From the NCBI GenBank assembly GCA_002269645.1, contig NIVC01000263.1, forward strand, positions 124,001-188,000: a DNA stretch of 64,000 nucleotides. Reading direction: 5' to 3'. The translations under genes and the position numbers were made by a program. This stretch comes from Macrostomum lignano. Lineage: Eukaryota. The notes beneath the pieces are model-generated. The model saw only the letters and a list, made by a program, of their open reading frames with translations. It did no database searches and was not told where the DNA came from. Shown one piece after another: positions 1-17,534 of the stretch (position 1 is its first letter; each line of letters begins with the position of its first letter).

Positions 1-2
1 GC

Positions 3-108
3 AGTAATAATCATAATCAAATTATTGTCAACCGAAAGCAAAGCAGTGCGTTGCTGCTTCTGCTGCCGTTTCAAGTATTGCTGCTATTGCTGGCGTGTGC
101 CTGTCGAG
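3..108 (+). CDS. ADAM-like gene exon 1 (partial; signal peptide)
   Basis: Frame open from nt 3 reads SNNHNQIIVNRKQSSALLLLLPFQVLLLLLACACR, a hydrophobic signal-like core. It ends at donor GAG|GTAAGC (109), phase 1. The start codon lies upstream of the window. Confidence 0.7.
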
Positions 109-408
109 GTAAGCTTATAATATCTATTATTCTTTGCTTTTAGAGTATAAAAACTTGCCAAGTGCTTGTTTGCGACTGCTTCCACTGTTTAGGAAGTGTG
201 TATATCGTCAGTCTGTTGTCAGTCTGCTCTGCCTGCTCTTTTACTATGAGGCGAGGGAGACAGGCAGGCTGCCAAGTAAGACAATGAGAATGAGACCATT
301 CTCACCGTATCCGACCCCCCGCTGACTTTAGCCCCGGTTTTAAAGTGGGCAAGTGCTACTGTACGGCATATGCAAGCAATATTGAACTTTGTAATAGTAA
401 TAATAGCT

Positions 409-948
409 TCTGGTGCTGGCGCCTCTGGTGCTGGCGCCTCTGGTGCTGGCGCCTCTGGTGCTGGCGCCTCTGGTGCTGGCGCCTCTGGTGCTGGCGCCTC
501 TGGTGCTGGCGCCTCTGGTGCTGGCGCCTCTGGTGCTGGCGCCTCTGGTGCTGGCGCCTCTGGTGCTGGCGCCTCTGGTGCTGGCGCCTCTGGTGCTGGC
601 GCCTCTGGTGCTGGCGCCTCTGGTGCTGGCGCCTCTGGTGCTGGCGCCTCTGGTGCTGGCGCCTCTGGTGCTGGCGCCTCTGGTGCTGGCGCCTCTGGTG
701 CTGGCGCCTCTGGTGCTGGCGCCTCTGGTGCTGGCGCCTCTGGTGCTGGCGCCTCTGGTGCTGGCGCCTCTGGTGCTGGCGCCTCTGGTGCTGGCGCCTC
801 TGGTGCTGGCGCCTCTGGTGCTGGCGCCTCTGGTGCTGGCGCCTCTGGTGCTGGCGCCTCTGGTGCTGGCGCCTCTGGTGCTGGCGCCTCTGGTGCTGGC
901 GCCTCTGGTGCTGGCGCCTCTGGTGCTGGCGCCTCTGGTGCTGGCGCC
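409..948. repeat. Perfect 15-bp minisatellite (TCTGGTGCTGGCGCC) x36
   Basis: 540 bp equals exactly 36 identical units, inside ADAM intron 1. Confidence 0.98.
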
Positions 949-1144
949 ACCCTAAAACTTATTAGTAGATTGGGTAAACGGTCGGAGAAACTATGCACTT
1001 TATTGAAGTTATAAATGCTTCGGCATCTTATTAGTCGATTAGGTAAACATCTTAGGTATATGTGCCCTCGTCATCTGAAAGTTGTAGAGTTTCTATTATT
1101 AAAAATATTTATTATTTCATCCCTATTACTTCGCCAACGCTCAG

Positions 1145-1290
1145 CCGAACCGACGAAAAATGAAAGCTCTGCGTCTCAGCCGCCGGAGACTTTCCATTTC
1201 GAATGTCGCCGCTGGCCGCTCTGCGTCACCTCTGAGCAGCTTGGCCCGGACATTGCCACCGCCCTGCTCAATCCAGCCAATGCTAAGCTG
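1145..1290 (+). CDS. ADAM-like gene exon 2 (prodomain N-terminus)
   Basis: Acceptor CTCAG| at 1144 and donor CTG|GTGAAT at 1291. Phase 1 in, phase 0 out. Reads AEPTKNESS...NPANAKL. Confidence 0.65.
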
Positions 1291-1582
1291 GTGAATTACA
1301 ATTTATTTACTTTGTCCTACGCGATTTGCCGATCTTCGCCCGGAGGTCCTACTATGCTTGAGAGATGCGTTTTCAATTCAAATTATGTGAGTAAACGGTG
1401 GGAGTAACTATACTTCTTGTTTTAGTTTCAGATGCTTCGTCATATTATTAGTGAATGGAGTAAACGGCAAGAGTACCTATACATTCTTTTTTAGCTATGA
1501 GTGCCTCGTCATATAATTAGTAGATTTGGCTAAATAGCAATGCTTTGTCATGCGTCGTTTTCCTTTATTTTCACCCGTCAAG

Positions 1583-1671
1583 GCTTTCGCGCCCTACACA
1601 AAGTCGCTGTCAGTGAGTCTCTACAGGACCAGCGAGGCCGAGCCGCTGCTATTCGAATTAGAAAAGGCCCG
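1583..1671 (+). CDS. ADAM-like gene exon 3 (prodomain)
   Basis: Acceptor GTCAAG| and donor CG|GTGAGC. Phase 0 in, phase 2 out. AFAPYTKSLSVSLYRTSEAEPLLFELEKAR joins exon 4 in frame to give a prodomain-like FELEKARVLDISDKFQVRHW segment. Confidence 0.7.
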
Positions 1672-1739
1672 GTGAGCGAGCACTTATTTGGATAGCAACG
1701 GTTTTTTTAATTGCACGAATTGCTTGATGTCTGTCGTTA

Positions 1740-2842
1740 GGATTGTCTTGTCTGAGAAGGGTGAGATTCTCAGGATTGTTGGTGTCTGAGGAGGGTGAGA
1801 TTCTCAGGATTGTTGCTGTCTGGGAAGGGTGAGATTCTCAGGATTGTTGCTGTCTGAGGAGGGTGAGATTATCAGGATTGTTTCTGTCTGAGTGGGGTGA
1901 GATTCTCGGGATCGTTGGTGTCTGAGAAGGGTGAGATTCTCGGGATTGTTGGTGTCTGAGGAGGGTGAGATTCTCGGGATTGTTGGTGTCTGAGAAAGGT
2001 GAGATTCACGGGGCCGTAGCCCAGCGGTCTAGCGCAGGCTCTGGTGTGCCAGCGACCCAGGCTCGATTCCAAGTGCAGTCACTAATTTGGGGCTGAATTG
2101 GAATCTCGGCTTGGCTCTCTGCTCGTGCCGTTAACGGCCTTGAGAGCCAACCCCCAAGGCGCAGTGAAGTGTACATGCCTAACGATAATATAAAGTTAGG
2201 GCCGCTGTACACTCCTGTGTGAGTGTGTGCCTGCGTACGTATCCGCGCGCTTGTGTGCCTGCTCAGGGGAGTCGGCGGAATGGGCAGTAATGCCTCTCGC
2301 CGGTTGTGTGCCTATGTCGCTTAAAGTGCGCCAGGGTGCACACAACCCCCTGCCTCTAATAAAAAAAGGTGAGATTCACAGGATTGTTGTTGTCCGAGGA
2401 GGGTGAGATTCTCAGGATTGTTGCTGTCCGAGGAGGGTGAGATTCTCAGGATTGTTGCTGTCCGAGGAGGGTGAGATTCTCAGGATTGTTGCTGTCTGAG
2501 GAGGGTGAGATTCTCAGGATTGTTGCTGTCTGAGGAGGGTGAGATTCTCAGGATTGTTGCTGTCCGAGGAGGGTGAGATTCTCAGGATTGTTGCTGTCTG
2601 AGGAGGGTGAGATTCTCAGGATTGTTGCTGTCTGAGGAGGGTGAGATTCTCAGGATTGTTGCTGTCTGAGGAGGGTGAGATTCTCAGGATTGTTGCTGTC
2701 TGAGGAGGGTGAGATTCTCAGGATTGTTGCTGTCTGAGGAGGGTGAGATTCTCAGGATTGTTGCTGTCTGAGGAGGGTGAGATTCTCAGGATTGTTGCTG
2801 TCTGAGGAGGGTGAGATTCTCAGGATTGTGCTTTCTGAGGAG
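1740..2842. repeat. 34-bp minisatellite (GTGAGATTCTCAGGATTGTTGCTGTCTGAGGAGG) interrupted by a SINE
   Basis: Period 34 (GTGA at 2403 and 2437). Blocks at about 1740-2009 and 2365-2842. Confidence 0.95.
2010..2364 (+). mobile_element. tRNA-derived SINE (~355 bp)
   Basis: A box TAGCCCAGCGG, B box GGCTCGATTCC and 3' AATAAAAAAA tail. A 15-bp TSD AAAGGTGAGATTCAC occurs at 1995-2009 and 2365-2379; the TTCAC variant appears only in these two copies of the surrounding repeat. Confidence 0.88.
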
Positions 2843-3404
2843 GTTGTCCAGATTACTTCGGGATTTGGTCAGGTGGGGACAAGCCTGACAGAGGAGTTGT
2901 CTTAATCCTCACAGACTAGAAGCGGTCAAAATCTACTTAAATGTAATTCAATATTGGACGCCTTGTTGATGCAAATCTGGTCCCTCATTTCCCTGTTTCC
3001 GTGGGAGAGAGCGCCATGGCGGCTAGGGTTTCCATGTAGAATGTAGAAACTCCTTCAAACTCTGGGGGGGGGGCTTGCGATGACGGACAGTCGGCCCATA
3101 CAGGCATTGATTGTTGGCTACCATCAGCTGCGGTTTCGGTAATTTGATATCAGCGCTTCAGTATATATACACACATCAGTATGCATACACACACATTTGG
3201 TAGGCGATAATCCTGACCTAACCAAAGTCAAGTGATGAATGAATTAATAAAGGCAGGTAGAAAAATCGATTGTATGACGTAATGCGCTTTACTAATTGTT
3301 TTCACTTTTCAAGATGCCAAGTTTTACTACAAGGGATTGAGAATGGGAGATAAGATTGACCTGCAGAGATAAAAGAGGACTAATTAGGATAGGTGAGGTA
3401 GTAG

Positions 3405-3930
3405 CCCCGGGGTAGAGGAGAGGGTGAGGGAGCTAAGGGAGGTAGATGTGGAGAGGGTGAGGGAGATGAGAGGGAGGTAGATGTGGAGAGGGTGAGGGAG
3501 ATGAGAGGGAGGTAGATGTGGAGAGGGTGAAGGAGATGAGAGGGAGGTAGATGTGGAGAGGGTGAGGGAGATGAGAGGGAGGTAGATGTGGAGAGGGTGA
3601 GGGAGATGAGAGGGAGGTAGATGTGGAGAGGGTGAGGGAGATAAGAGAAAGTGTAAATAGAGAGAGGGCTAGGAAGATAAGAGAGGGAGGTAGATACGGA
3701 GAGGTCGAGGGAGATAAGAGGGGTAGATGTGGAGAGGGCGAAGGAGCTAAGGGAGGTACATGTGGAGAGGGTGAGGGAGATAAGAGAGGTAGATAGGAAG
3801 ACTAAGCAGAGGAGAGCGGGCGAGGGAGTTTGAGGGGAGAGGTAGCAGGCGTAGGCAGAGTTCAATAGGGTGCGCATCGCAGCCTGAGAGGGGAGATACG
3901 AGGCAGAGAGAGGAGATGCGGATAAGCAGG
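3405..3930. repeat. 35-bp purine-rich minisatellite (GGAGGTAGATGTGGAGAGGGTGAGGGAGATGAGAG)
   Basis: Period 35 (GGTAG at 3441 and 3476); decays toward the right. Confidence 0.9.
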
Positions 3931-4936
3931 CGAGGTGGGGGTCAAGCAGCGCAGGTGCGCGCCGCGGCAAGGGGAGGCGGTTCACGGAAAAGAAAAACGA
4001 AAACTTCAGCTAACAACTGGTAGCTGCAGGAAGGCGGCTGCGGAATCTCCGCGTAGCACACGTAAGAAAAAGAGAGAAATTGCGAAGATTCCTTAAGCGG
4101 ACTGGCAGGCTATGCAGGTACTCGTTCCGGGCGAGAATTGATGAAGAGAGTTTGAAACTGGGCCACGAAATGCGGGATCGGCTTGGTAAGGTTTGGCTCG
4201 GCTAGAAAATGAATGGCAAGGTGAAAAGACTGTAAAAAAATTAACAACGGCTAAAAATCCGTCTTCTCTCTCTCTCTCTCACTCTCTCACTCTCTCTCTC
4301 TCCGAAGGATTATTGAAGCGCAAATCTCTGACTTCATCTTCAGGCTTTATTTTCCTGGCAAACGCTACGGGCCGATGATAAGTATCTTACTAATGGACTG
4401 TTCTTAATGAAATTTCTTAGTAGTTATATTGAAATGGATTGCGCGGATATAAAATCTACGTTGGCCGCTGCCGCAGAGGTTTCTTCTGATTTTCTTTGGA
4501 CGACTTTGCGCTTTGGTCCGGGGTTTAACTGACAGCTCCACTGATAAGGCCCAGCGGGTGCTGGCTGGCTGCGGTTTTATGAAGAACGATGAAGAACTTT
4601 TATGCATATTTTTATAGAGATACGAGCCGTATCAACGATTTCCTGTGGGAATCAATAATAGTGTTTATTTAGCTAGTCAGCTGTCAAGGTTTTAAAAGAG
4701 AAAAGTTTTATAAAATTAGACAGAACAACAATGCCGTTGTCCTCTCTTGGGAAAGGTCCTCCACTGAATCTGTACAGAACAGGGATGGCCACTCTCGCCT
4801 GCTTGTGCGAGAATTGCCTCTGACCGCCACTGAGCATCGCTTCTGACCAGTCTGGGTCTGAATACTTGCTTTCCTTGTTGGCTTTTTAAGAATCGTAAAG
4901 TTCAAAGCACCATCAAAAGAGACTTCTTAAAATTGA

Positions 4937-5450
4937 CTTGCATTAAAGAATCGCCGCTGACTCTGGCATTAAAGAATCGCCGCTGACTGGCATTAAAGAA
5001 TCGCCACTGACTCTTGCATTAAAGAATCGCCGCTGACTCTGGCATTAAAGAATCGCCGCTGACTCTGGCATTAAAGAATCGCCGCTGACTCTGGCATTAA
5101 AGAATCGCCGCTGACTCTGGCATTAAAGAATCGCCGCTGACTCTGGCATTAAAGAATCGCCGCTGACTCTGGCATTAAAGAATCGCCGCTTACTCTGGCA
5201 TTAAAGAATCCCACTGACTCTTGCAATAAAAAATCACCGCTGACTATTGCATTAAATAATTGCCGTTGACTCTCTCGCATTAAAGAATCGTCGCTGACTC
5301 TCATTAAAAAATCTCCACTGACTCTTGCAATAAAAAATCGCCGCTGAATCTTGCATTAAAGAATCGCCGCTGATTCGCATTAAAAAACCGCCGCTGACTC
5401 TCGAATTAAAGAATTGCCGCTGATTCGAATTAAAGAATCGCCACTGACTC
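4937..5450. repeat. 26-bp minisatellite (GCATTAAAGAATCGCCGCTGACTCTG)
   Basis: Period 26 (5042, 5068). Confidence 0.93.
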
Positions 5451-5778
5451 GCCGTGCAAGCTTGGTCAGGCCTAACTAGCATTGTAACTCAGTTTTATCT
5501 CCAACCGCTCCACCGCACTACAGTGATATTCACTTTTCCTGTCCCGCTGTCAGCGGCACTCTCGCAATTAGCAGCTCGCATATCTTGGCTAATGCTATTA
5601 ACCTGCCCGACTGTAAAGTCGGCATCCTGAATTCGCTTAGAGTGGAAAACTTCGATAAGATCGTTGGATGCATTTACGAGGCCGCGTATAAGCCAGCCTC
5701 GTGGCAACAAATTTATGCTGGCAAAAGCGCACACGAACACATATTCCGTGTATGATGGCCAGTCCAGACCTACTTGTA

Positions 5779-5897
5779 CGAGGGGCATCCCAAAAGTTCG
5801 TGCAATCGATCGATTTCGACCACAGACATCGCTCTAGTGGCTGCAACTGTCACCACAGCTGACCTGCGGCTAGCAGCAATCATTTCCTGCGCACTTA
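5779..5897 (+). mobile_element. Mariner-family DNA transposon, 5' end (left of LINE insertion)
   Basis: Begins TA|CGAGGGGCATCCCAAAAG, a typical mariner TIR start after a TA target. Continues at 11267 once the LINE and one TSD copy are removed. Confidence 0.7.
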
Positions 5898-5981
5898 CTT
5901 ACTTACTACTGACGGGGGCGCAGGCGCCGCGAATAGGCCGCGAGGCCCCTATCGCAACCCCAAGGTAAAAGAGCACAAGGA

Positions 5982-11062
<5,081 letters not shown>

Positions 11063-11266
11063 TTAGCCAGCAGCCAACTACTTAGCAGCCACCTGCCCCG
11101 CAAAAAAGCAGCAGGGGGGATCCGTCCCCCACCAGCAGACCAAGACGAGGAAGCTAGCCGCTTCCACGCCAGGCCAGAACGAAAAGGAGGGGGAAGAGCC
11201 TCCTCGAAAAACGAAAAGCTGGCGGATGTCACAGAGTCCCTCGGTTTAAGTTGCCGTTTGCCCCCC

Positions 11267-11804
11267 TCCTGTGCACTTAAGATTTTTGGAATTTTCTTAT
11301 CGTCACAACCGCGATTCTCCTCACCACTGTTTTCCCTCCTCGGCCGACGTCGCGGTGTTGGGAGATACCCGCAGAACAAGCAGCGGTGTTACATTACAAC
11401 TGAATGGCTGCGAGAAACGCCAGCTGCACAAGTCCAACGGCAGCTTGTAGATGCGTACGGCAAAGATTCACTGTGCCAGCGCGCTGTGTGCAAATGATAG
11501 GATCGGTTCAAGAGCGGCTGCACTTCGACCCTGGACGAGCCGAGATCTGGGAGACCCAGAAAAGTGCGGACCGAGAGCGACATTGAGCTAATCTGTGGTT
11601 TGCTGGAAATTGATCCCCGATGGACGTCCGAAAAAATGGCAGAACTTAGTGAAATTCCTTCATCCAGCATCCACCGAATTCTCTCAGATCGTCCGACTTC
11701 TTCTGGAAAAGAACCATTGAATTCATTGTATCCTATTTTGAATCCCTGTAAAAAATCGACTTCTTGTTGTGATGTCAGTCCGTTGGCCCTCGTGATGACC
11801 CTCG
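11267..11804 (+). mobile_element. Mariner transposon remainder: decayed transposase N-terminal HTH region and short right TIR; DDD domain deleted
   Basis: KQRCYITTEW...QVQRQLVDAYGKDSL...**DRFKSG...DEPRSGRP...DPRWTSEKMAELSEIPSSSIHRIL matches the mariner paired-HTH pattern and has two in-frame stops near 11495-11500. The right end ATGACCCTCG|TA (11795-11806) mirrors the left TIR with 1 mismatch. Confidence 0.85.
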
Positions 11805-12904
11805 TACATTTGCGCCACTCCAAACAAAATTAATTGTTGATGTTGGACAGCAGGACTCCGAGTGTTTTTGTTCGTGGCATAATTTTAAATGTGTTAGGCA
11901 ATTTTATAATCGTTTTTTGTCCCAAGGCAGAACCTACTCGAACGCGAATTTCGACCCAAAACTTATCCAGAGGCGAAAGTCAGATTTTGATTGGGGATTT
12001 CGGCAGCGAACGAGCAAGTGTTTGAAAATCGACAGTGACGCGGCCAGTTGACAGACCGCAGTCAGTTTCTGACTGACGGGATAAATACCCCAGCGTATGG
12101 CTAATTACTGGGATACAATTTCGCCGAATACTCGTAGTCAGGGGGATCAGGACTGCGCGTTGGTTCTGGTTCTGTCTGTTGATATGCTATTAACTATCAG
12201 TTTCCGTTCTCTGTCCGATGTGGTTTCTGTCATAGAGAACCCGCGTTGGTCCTTGGTCGCTATTTTTGTCGAGGCAAGATTTCCGATCTGCCTAAATATG
12301 AGTTTCTAGTCAATTTATAATCTTTTCTTCTCTACTGACTTGGCATTGGATTTGGCAAGCTTTTCGTGGCGCGGCCTGACGGACACGAAGTCAATCTCTC
12401 TTTCTGTCCCTCGCTATCCCAGTGCTGGGAGGCTGAGCGTGAGTCATACTATATTATAACGGAAGCTTTGAAGCGGCAAGCGTTCTCATCTCGTCAGTCG
12501 TCACTAAAGCACCTTCTGTCTGGGCCTTTTCTCTAAGCAGAATATATGTGGGGGGAATATACATTATTACCGTGCTAATGCTAATGCTTTTCTGTTGTTG
12601 ACGGAACTGTTTGATGCCCCGGATGCATGCAGCAGCAGCAGTGTGAGCTGGCAATGGGCATGAAGTAAAGTCAACTTCCTATCCGGGCGCTCGGAGAATC
12701 TGTGGCTAGCGTGTTAACTCGCAAATTGATCTAATTTTTAATGGAAAGGACTGCATCACTTTTCTTGCTTGCTTTTTTCTCGATTTTTTTTTCAATTTTT
12801 ACCTTTTTTTCTCTTTGACTTCCTATCTGTCGAGTGCTTTCTGTACAATTAGGTTTCTGAATTTTTCCAATGGTATTCATTATGATCGGTTTATACGGTC
12901 CTAG

Positions 12905-14180
12905 TTTGCTTCCTCCCACTCCTGAAGCTTCTCCACTCCTGAAGCTTCGCTTCCCCACTCCTGAAGCTTCCCCCACTCCTGAAGCTTCCTCCACTCTTGT
13001 AGCTTCCCCACTCCTGAAGTTTCCTCACTCCTGAAGCTTCCCCCACTCCTGATGCTTTCCCCCACTCCTGATGCTTTCCCCCACTCCTGATGCTTTCCCC
13101 CACTCCTGATGCTTTCCCCCACTCCTGATGCTTTCCCCCACTCCTAATGCTTTCCCCCACTCCTGATGCTTTCCCCCACTCCTGAAGCTTCTTCACTCCT
13201 GAAGCTTCCCCCACTCCTGATGCTTTCCCCCACTCCTGATGCTTTCCCCCACTCCTGATGCTTTCCCCCACTCCTGATGCTTTCCCCCACTCCTGATGCT
13301 TTCCCCCACTCCTGATGCTTTCCCCCACTCCTGAAGCTTCTTCACTCCTGAAGCTTCCCCCACTCCTGATGCTTTCCCCCACTCCTGATGCTTTCCCCCA
13401 CTCCTGATGCTTTCCCCCACTCCTGATGCTTTCCCCCACTCCTGATGCTTTCCCCCACTCCTGATGCTTTCCCCCACTCCTGAAGCTTCTTCACTCCTGA
13501 AGCTTCCCCCACTCCTGATGCTTTCCCCCACTCCTGAAGTTTCCTCACTCCTGATGCTTTCCCCCACTCCTGAAGCTTCCCCCACTCCTGATGCTTTCCC
13601 CCACCCCTGATGCTTTCCCCCACTCCTGATGCTTTCCCCCACTCCTGATGCTTTCCCCCACTCCTGATGCTTTCCCCCTCTCCTGAAGCTTCTTCACTCC
13701 TGAAGCTTCCCCCACTCCTGATGCTTTCCCCCACCCCTGATGCTTTCCCCCACTCCTGAAGCTTTCCCCCACTCCTGATGCTTTCCCCCACTCCTGATGC
13801 TTTCCCCCACTCCTGAAGCTTCTTCACTCCTGAAGCTTCCCCCACTCCTGATGCTTTCCCCCACCCCTGATGCTTTCCCCCACTCCTGATGCTTTGCCCC
13901 ACTCCTGATGCTTTCCCCCACTCCTGATGCTTTCCCCCACTCCTGATGCTTTCCCCCACTCCTGAAGCTTCTTCACTCCTGAAGCTTCCCCCACTCCTGA
14001 TGCTTTCCCCCACTCCTGAAGCTTCTTCACTCCTGAAGCTTCCCCCACTCCTGATGCTTTCCCCCACCCCTGATGCTTTCCCCCACTCCTGAAGCTTCTC
14101 CACTCCTGAAGCTTCTCCACCCATGAAGCCTCTCCACTCATGAAGCTTCTCCACTCCCGAAGTTTCTCCACTCCTGAAGT
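12905..14180. repeat. 19-bp minisatellite (CCCCCACTCCTGATGCTTT) with GAAGCTTC variants
   Basis: Period 19; produces the spurious GKASGVGESIRS ORFs. Confidence 0.95.
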
Positions 14181-14801
14181 ACCATATCTGATTCTTAAGC
14201 CTGAACTAAATGCCTGAACCACAAAAAACTTTTCCTCACTGAAACCACTGGTTCCTCAGTTCCTGTGTATCTGTGTATACAGTTTAGCTATTTTGGTAAC
14301 TGTTAGGATTGGATGGGAGCGACTTTTGCGGTGGCAAGCAGCCTGCCTCTCAACTGAAAGCCACTCGGGGCATTTCCTCCCACATTCACTCCTGCACGAC
14401 TGTGCATAAACAGTGATAATCTATATTTTCTCTATCAGACACATTGCGGTCTATTTGGTCTAGTTGCTAGCACGTAGTCCAATATGCGCACGCGTTGTTA
14501 TGCTGCACTTTAGACTTTGGATAATTTACTTTCCAGGCGGGAGTTTTGGTTTAGTATCTTTTTGCCATTTTCCTCATTTATATTCACCGTATATTATCTT
14601 GACTCCGAGAGGCCTCTGGTATTTGGTAAATCATTAAGCTGTGCGAACCCACCTGCGCACCTGCAATATCCGTGTTTTGGCGAATAAACAAATGCCAATT
14701 CTATATAAAATTCGGTTCAAAAGTAATAAATTCATGAATTGGAAAGGTGCACACAGGAGATGCGCAAAAATCTACAGATTTCTGAAGACTGTCTTTATCT
14801 A

Positions 14802-15155
<354 letters not shown>

Positions 15156-16075
15156 CCGGGTCCTAGAAAGAAGTTTTCCCTCGAATCACTTCCAGTGCAG
15201 GTCTAGATACGACAGTTTTCATGCATCATTGTAGTAATAAGAAGACAAAGTTGTAATAGCTTTAAAACTTTTTAAACTTCTCTTCATAGATTATTTAATA
15301 TGCCATAGAAATACGCTAAGCCCCGGAGGCCCTGGATAAAGACTTGCTCGCTCAGTGGATAATCTTTATTCTTTATTGCGAACCCTGGACTGGGCAGGAC
15401 GCAGCCTGACTTGATAATCTCCTTCTTCCCCAGACGCCTTCAGACCCGGAGACCCCAGACAAAATTCTGCGGTTGAACAGAAACGGTCTGCCCGCTTGTC
15501 CTTGATGGGGGCCAAGGGACGCATCTGTACGTTCTGCCCCACCCCCCCCCTCCCAGATTTCCCGCTTGCATCGAACTTGAATGACAGAGTTCAGTCTAGA
15601 AGTAGAATAAAAACTGTAATATTACTCATCGAATTCTTCTTAGTTCTTTGTTTCTCAAACTGTGGAGGCGCCAGCTCTTGAGTCATCCTGGCCTTCCTTG
15701 CCCTTTGATTTGAGACTTTCCTATACTGGCAAGTTGGCTTATAAAATTTAAGAGATGCAGTATGTTGATAAGCGCGCTACTGCAATACCGAGTCCCCTGT
15801 ATGTATACAGCCTATTATTATTAATCTTGATTAAATTGATACTATGGCAACGTTTCTATCATCCCGCATCCAGTCCCATTTAATCGGCAGCCAAATTAAA
15901 GAGAGTGGGATTAAAGGAATGATTAATAGAAATCCCTTGGCAACTATGGTTTCCCTCTATTATCTAAGTCCACTCGCAACTGCACTGCACTCGGTTTTTG
16001 ATCACCTTTTTTTCTAATACCCTAAATAACATATATGGACTCTAACTATAATATACTGGTCACTAGCCATCTACG

Positions 16076-16425
<350 letters not shown>

Positions 16426-17030
16426 AAAGAGATCAACTTTATTGTCTGATTCGGCTTCGTGCATAATTAAATATTTGCAACCGCAGCCTCATTATAGTGG
16501 TTTAGTGTAGCCAATTATTTACACTGTTAAGGCAAAATGAAAGTGTTTTCTTATTTAATTGGGGGGGGGGGGTACCTGTTCAGTTCTGGGTGAATCGAAG
16601 CGGGGAACATCCAGCTGGTAATTTGACCCTAGACTTTTTTCTTAGTGCTTCTTTCAATGGCTTTTATATGCGAATTGGGTGACTCACAGCTAGCGACTTT
16701 TCCTATGGCCCCTTTTCCTAATTGCTCAAATCAAAATCAAGAAACGGTACTTAAAACTACTAATTACTTACTGAAGGAAGTTTTCTCTTAAGTTCAAAAT
16801 TCCACTTCAGCTTCTCTTCGTTTCGTTAAAAACTTAAAATTGCCGACCTTGAAATAAACTCGTCTAATAAGATGACGAAGCATCTGATAGGGTAACAACA
16901 AGCGCGTTACTCTCGCTGTTTACCTGCAGACAATTTTTTACACTACTAAGCTGGCGAGGCATTAGGCCTTATAAAGGCATTTAAGTTACTCTGGCTGTTT
17001 ACCTATTTTGCTATCTATTCCTTACTCCAG

Positions 17031-17487
17031 GGTGCTGGACATCTCGGACAAATTCCAAGTGCGCCACTGGCGAGTCCGCGGCAGCATCATGGTCTCAGGC
17101 AGCATGCCGCACTGCTATTACACTGGCCGAGTGAAGCAGCACGGCCGTTACCAAGGCTCAGCTTATGTTGACCTGTGCAAGAAAATCATGCACGGCTACT
17201 TCACCTATCAGGGCTTGGAGTACGTCATCCTGCCAGTTCTGTGCACCCAGTGCCGGCCCTACAAGCCGTATTTTGTGATGCGCTACGGCTTGGCTGATCC
17301 GCGATTGAATCAGAACATCACCCGGGATCCCAATGTGCAGATTTTCTACACTTCATTCACCGCTCTCAGTGAGCCCAGGATTGTGCCTGAGCAGATTCTG
17401 GACCGGCTCAAGCTCGGCTGGCAGCCTGGCCAGATACCGCCCAAGGATTTCAAACTGCGGCTTGGAATCATTGTGGACCACCAGCTG
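17031..17487 (+). CDS. ADAM-like gene exon 4 (prodomain and start of metalloprotease-like domain)
   Basis: Acceptor ACTCCAG| and donor CTG|GTGAGG. Contains CYYTGRV and AYVDLC...HGYFTYQGLEYVILP (ADAM propeptide pattern) and KLRLGIIVDH (reprolysin first strand). Confidence 0.85.
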
Positions 17488-17534
17488 GTGAGGCAGTGCT
17501 TGATATAAGTTGCTCCTTCAATAGAGACAGCTGC

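Noticed and set aside
370-1014. Silk-fibroin-like (GAGAS)n ORF and the other five open frames
   Set aside because: Product of a stop-free 15-bp repeat inside ADAM intron 1, with no unique coding flanks.
2010-2085. Functional tRNA gene
   Set aside because: A and B boxes are present but the acceptor and anticodon stems do not close. The sequence continues into a 355-bp body with an A-tail and TSD, so it is a SINE.
5540-5755. Short + strand frame (…IYEAAYKPASWQQIYAGKSAH…) faintly recalling isocitrate dehydrogenase
   Set aside because: Too short, no splice support, and the similarity is within chance.
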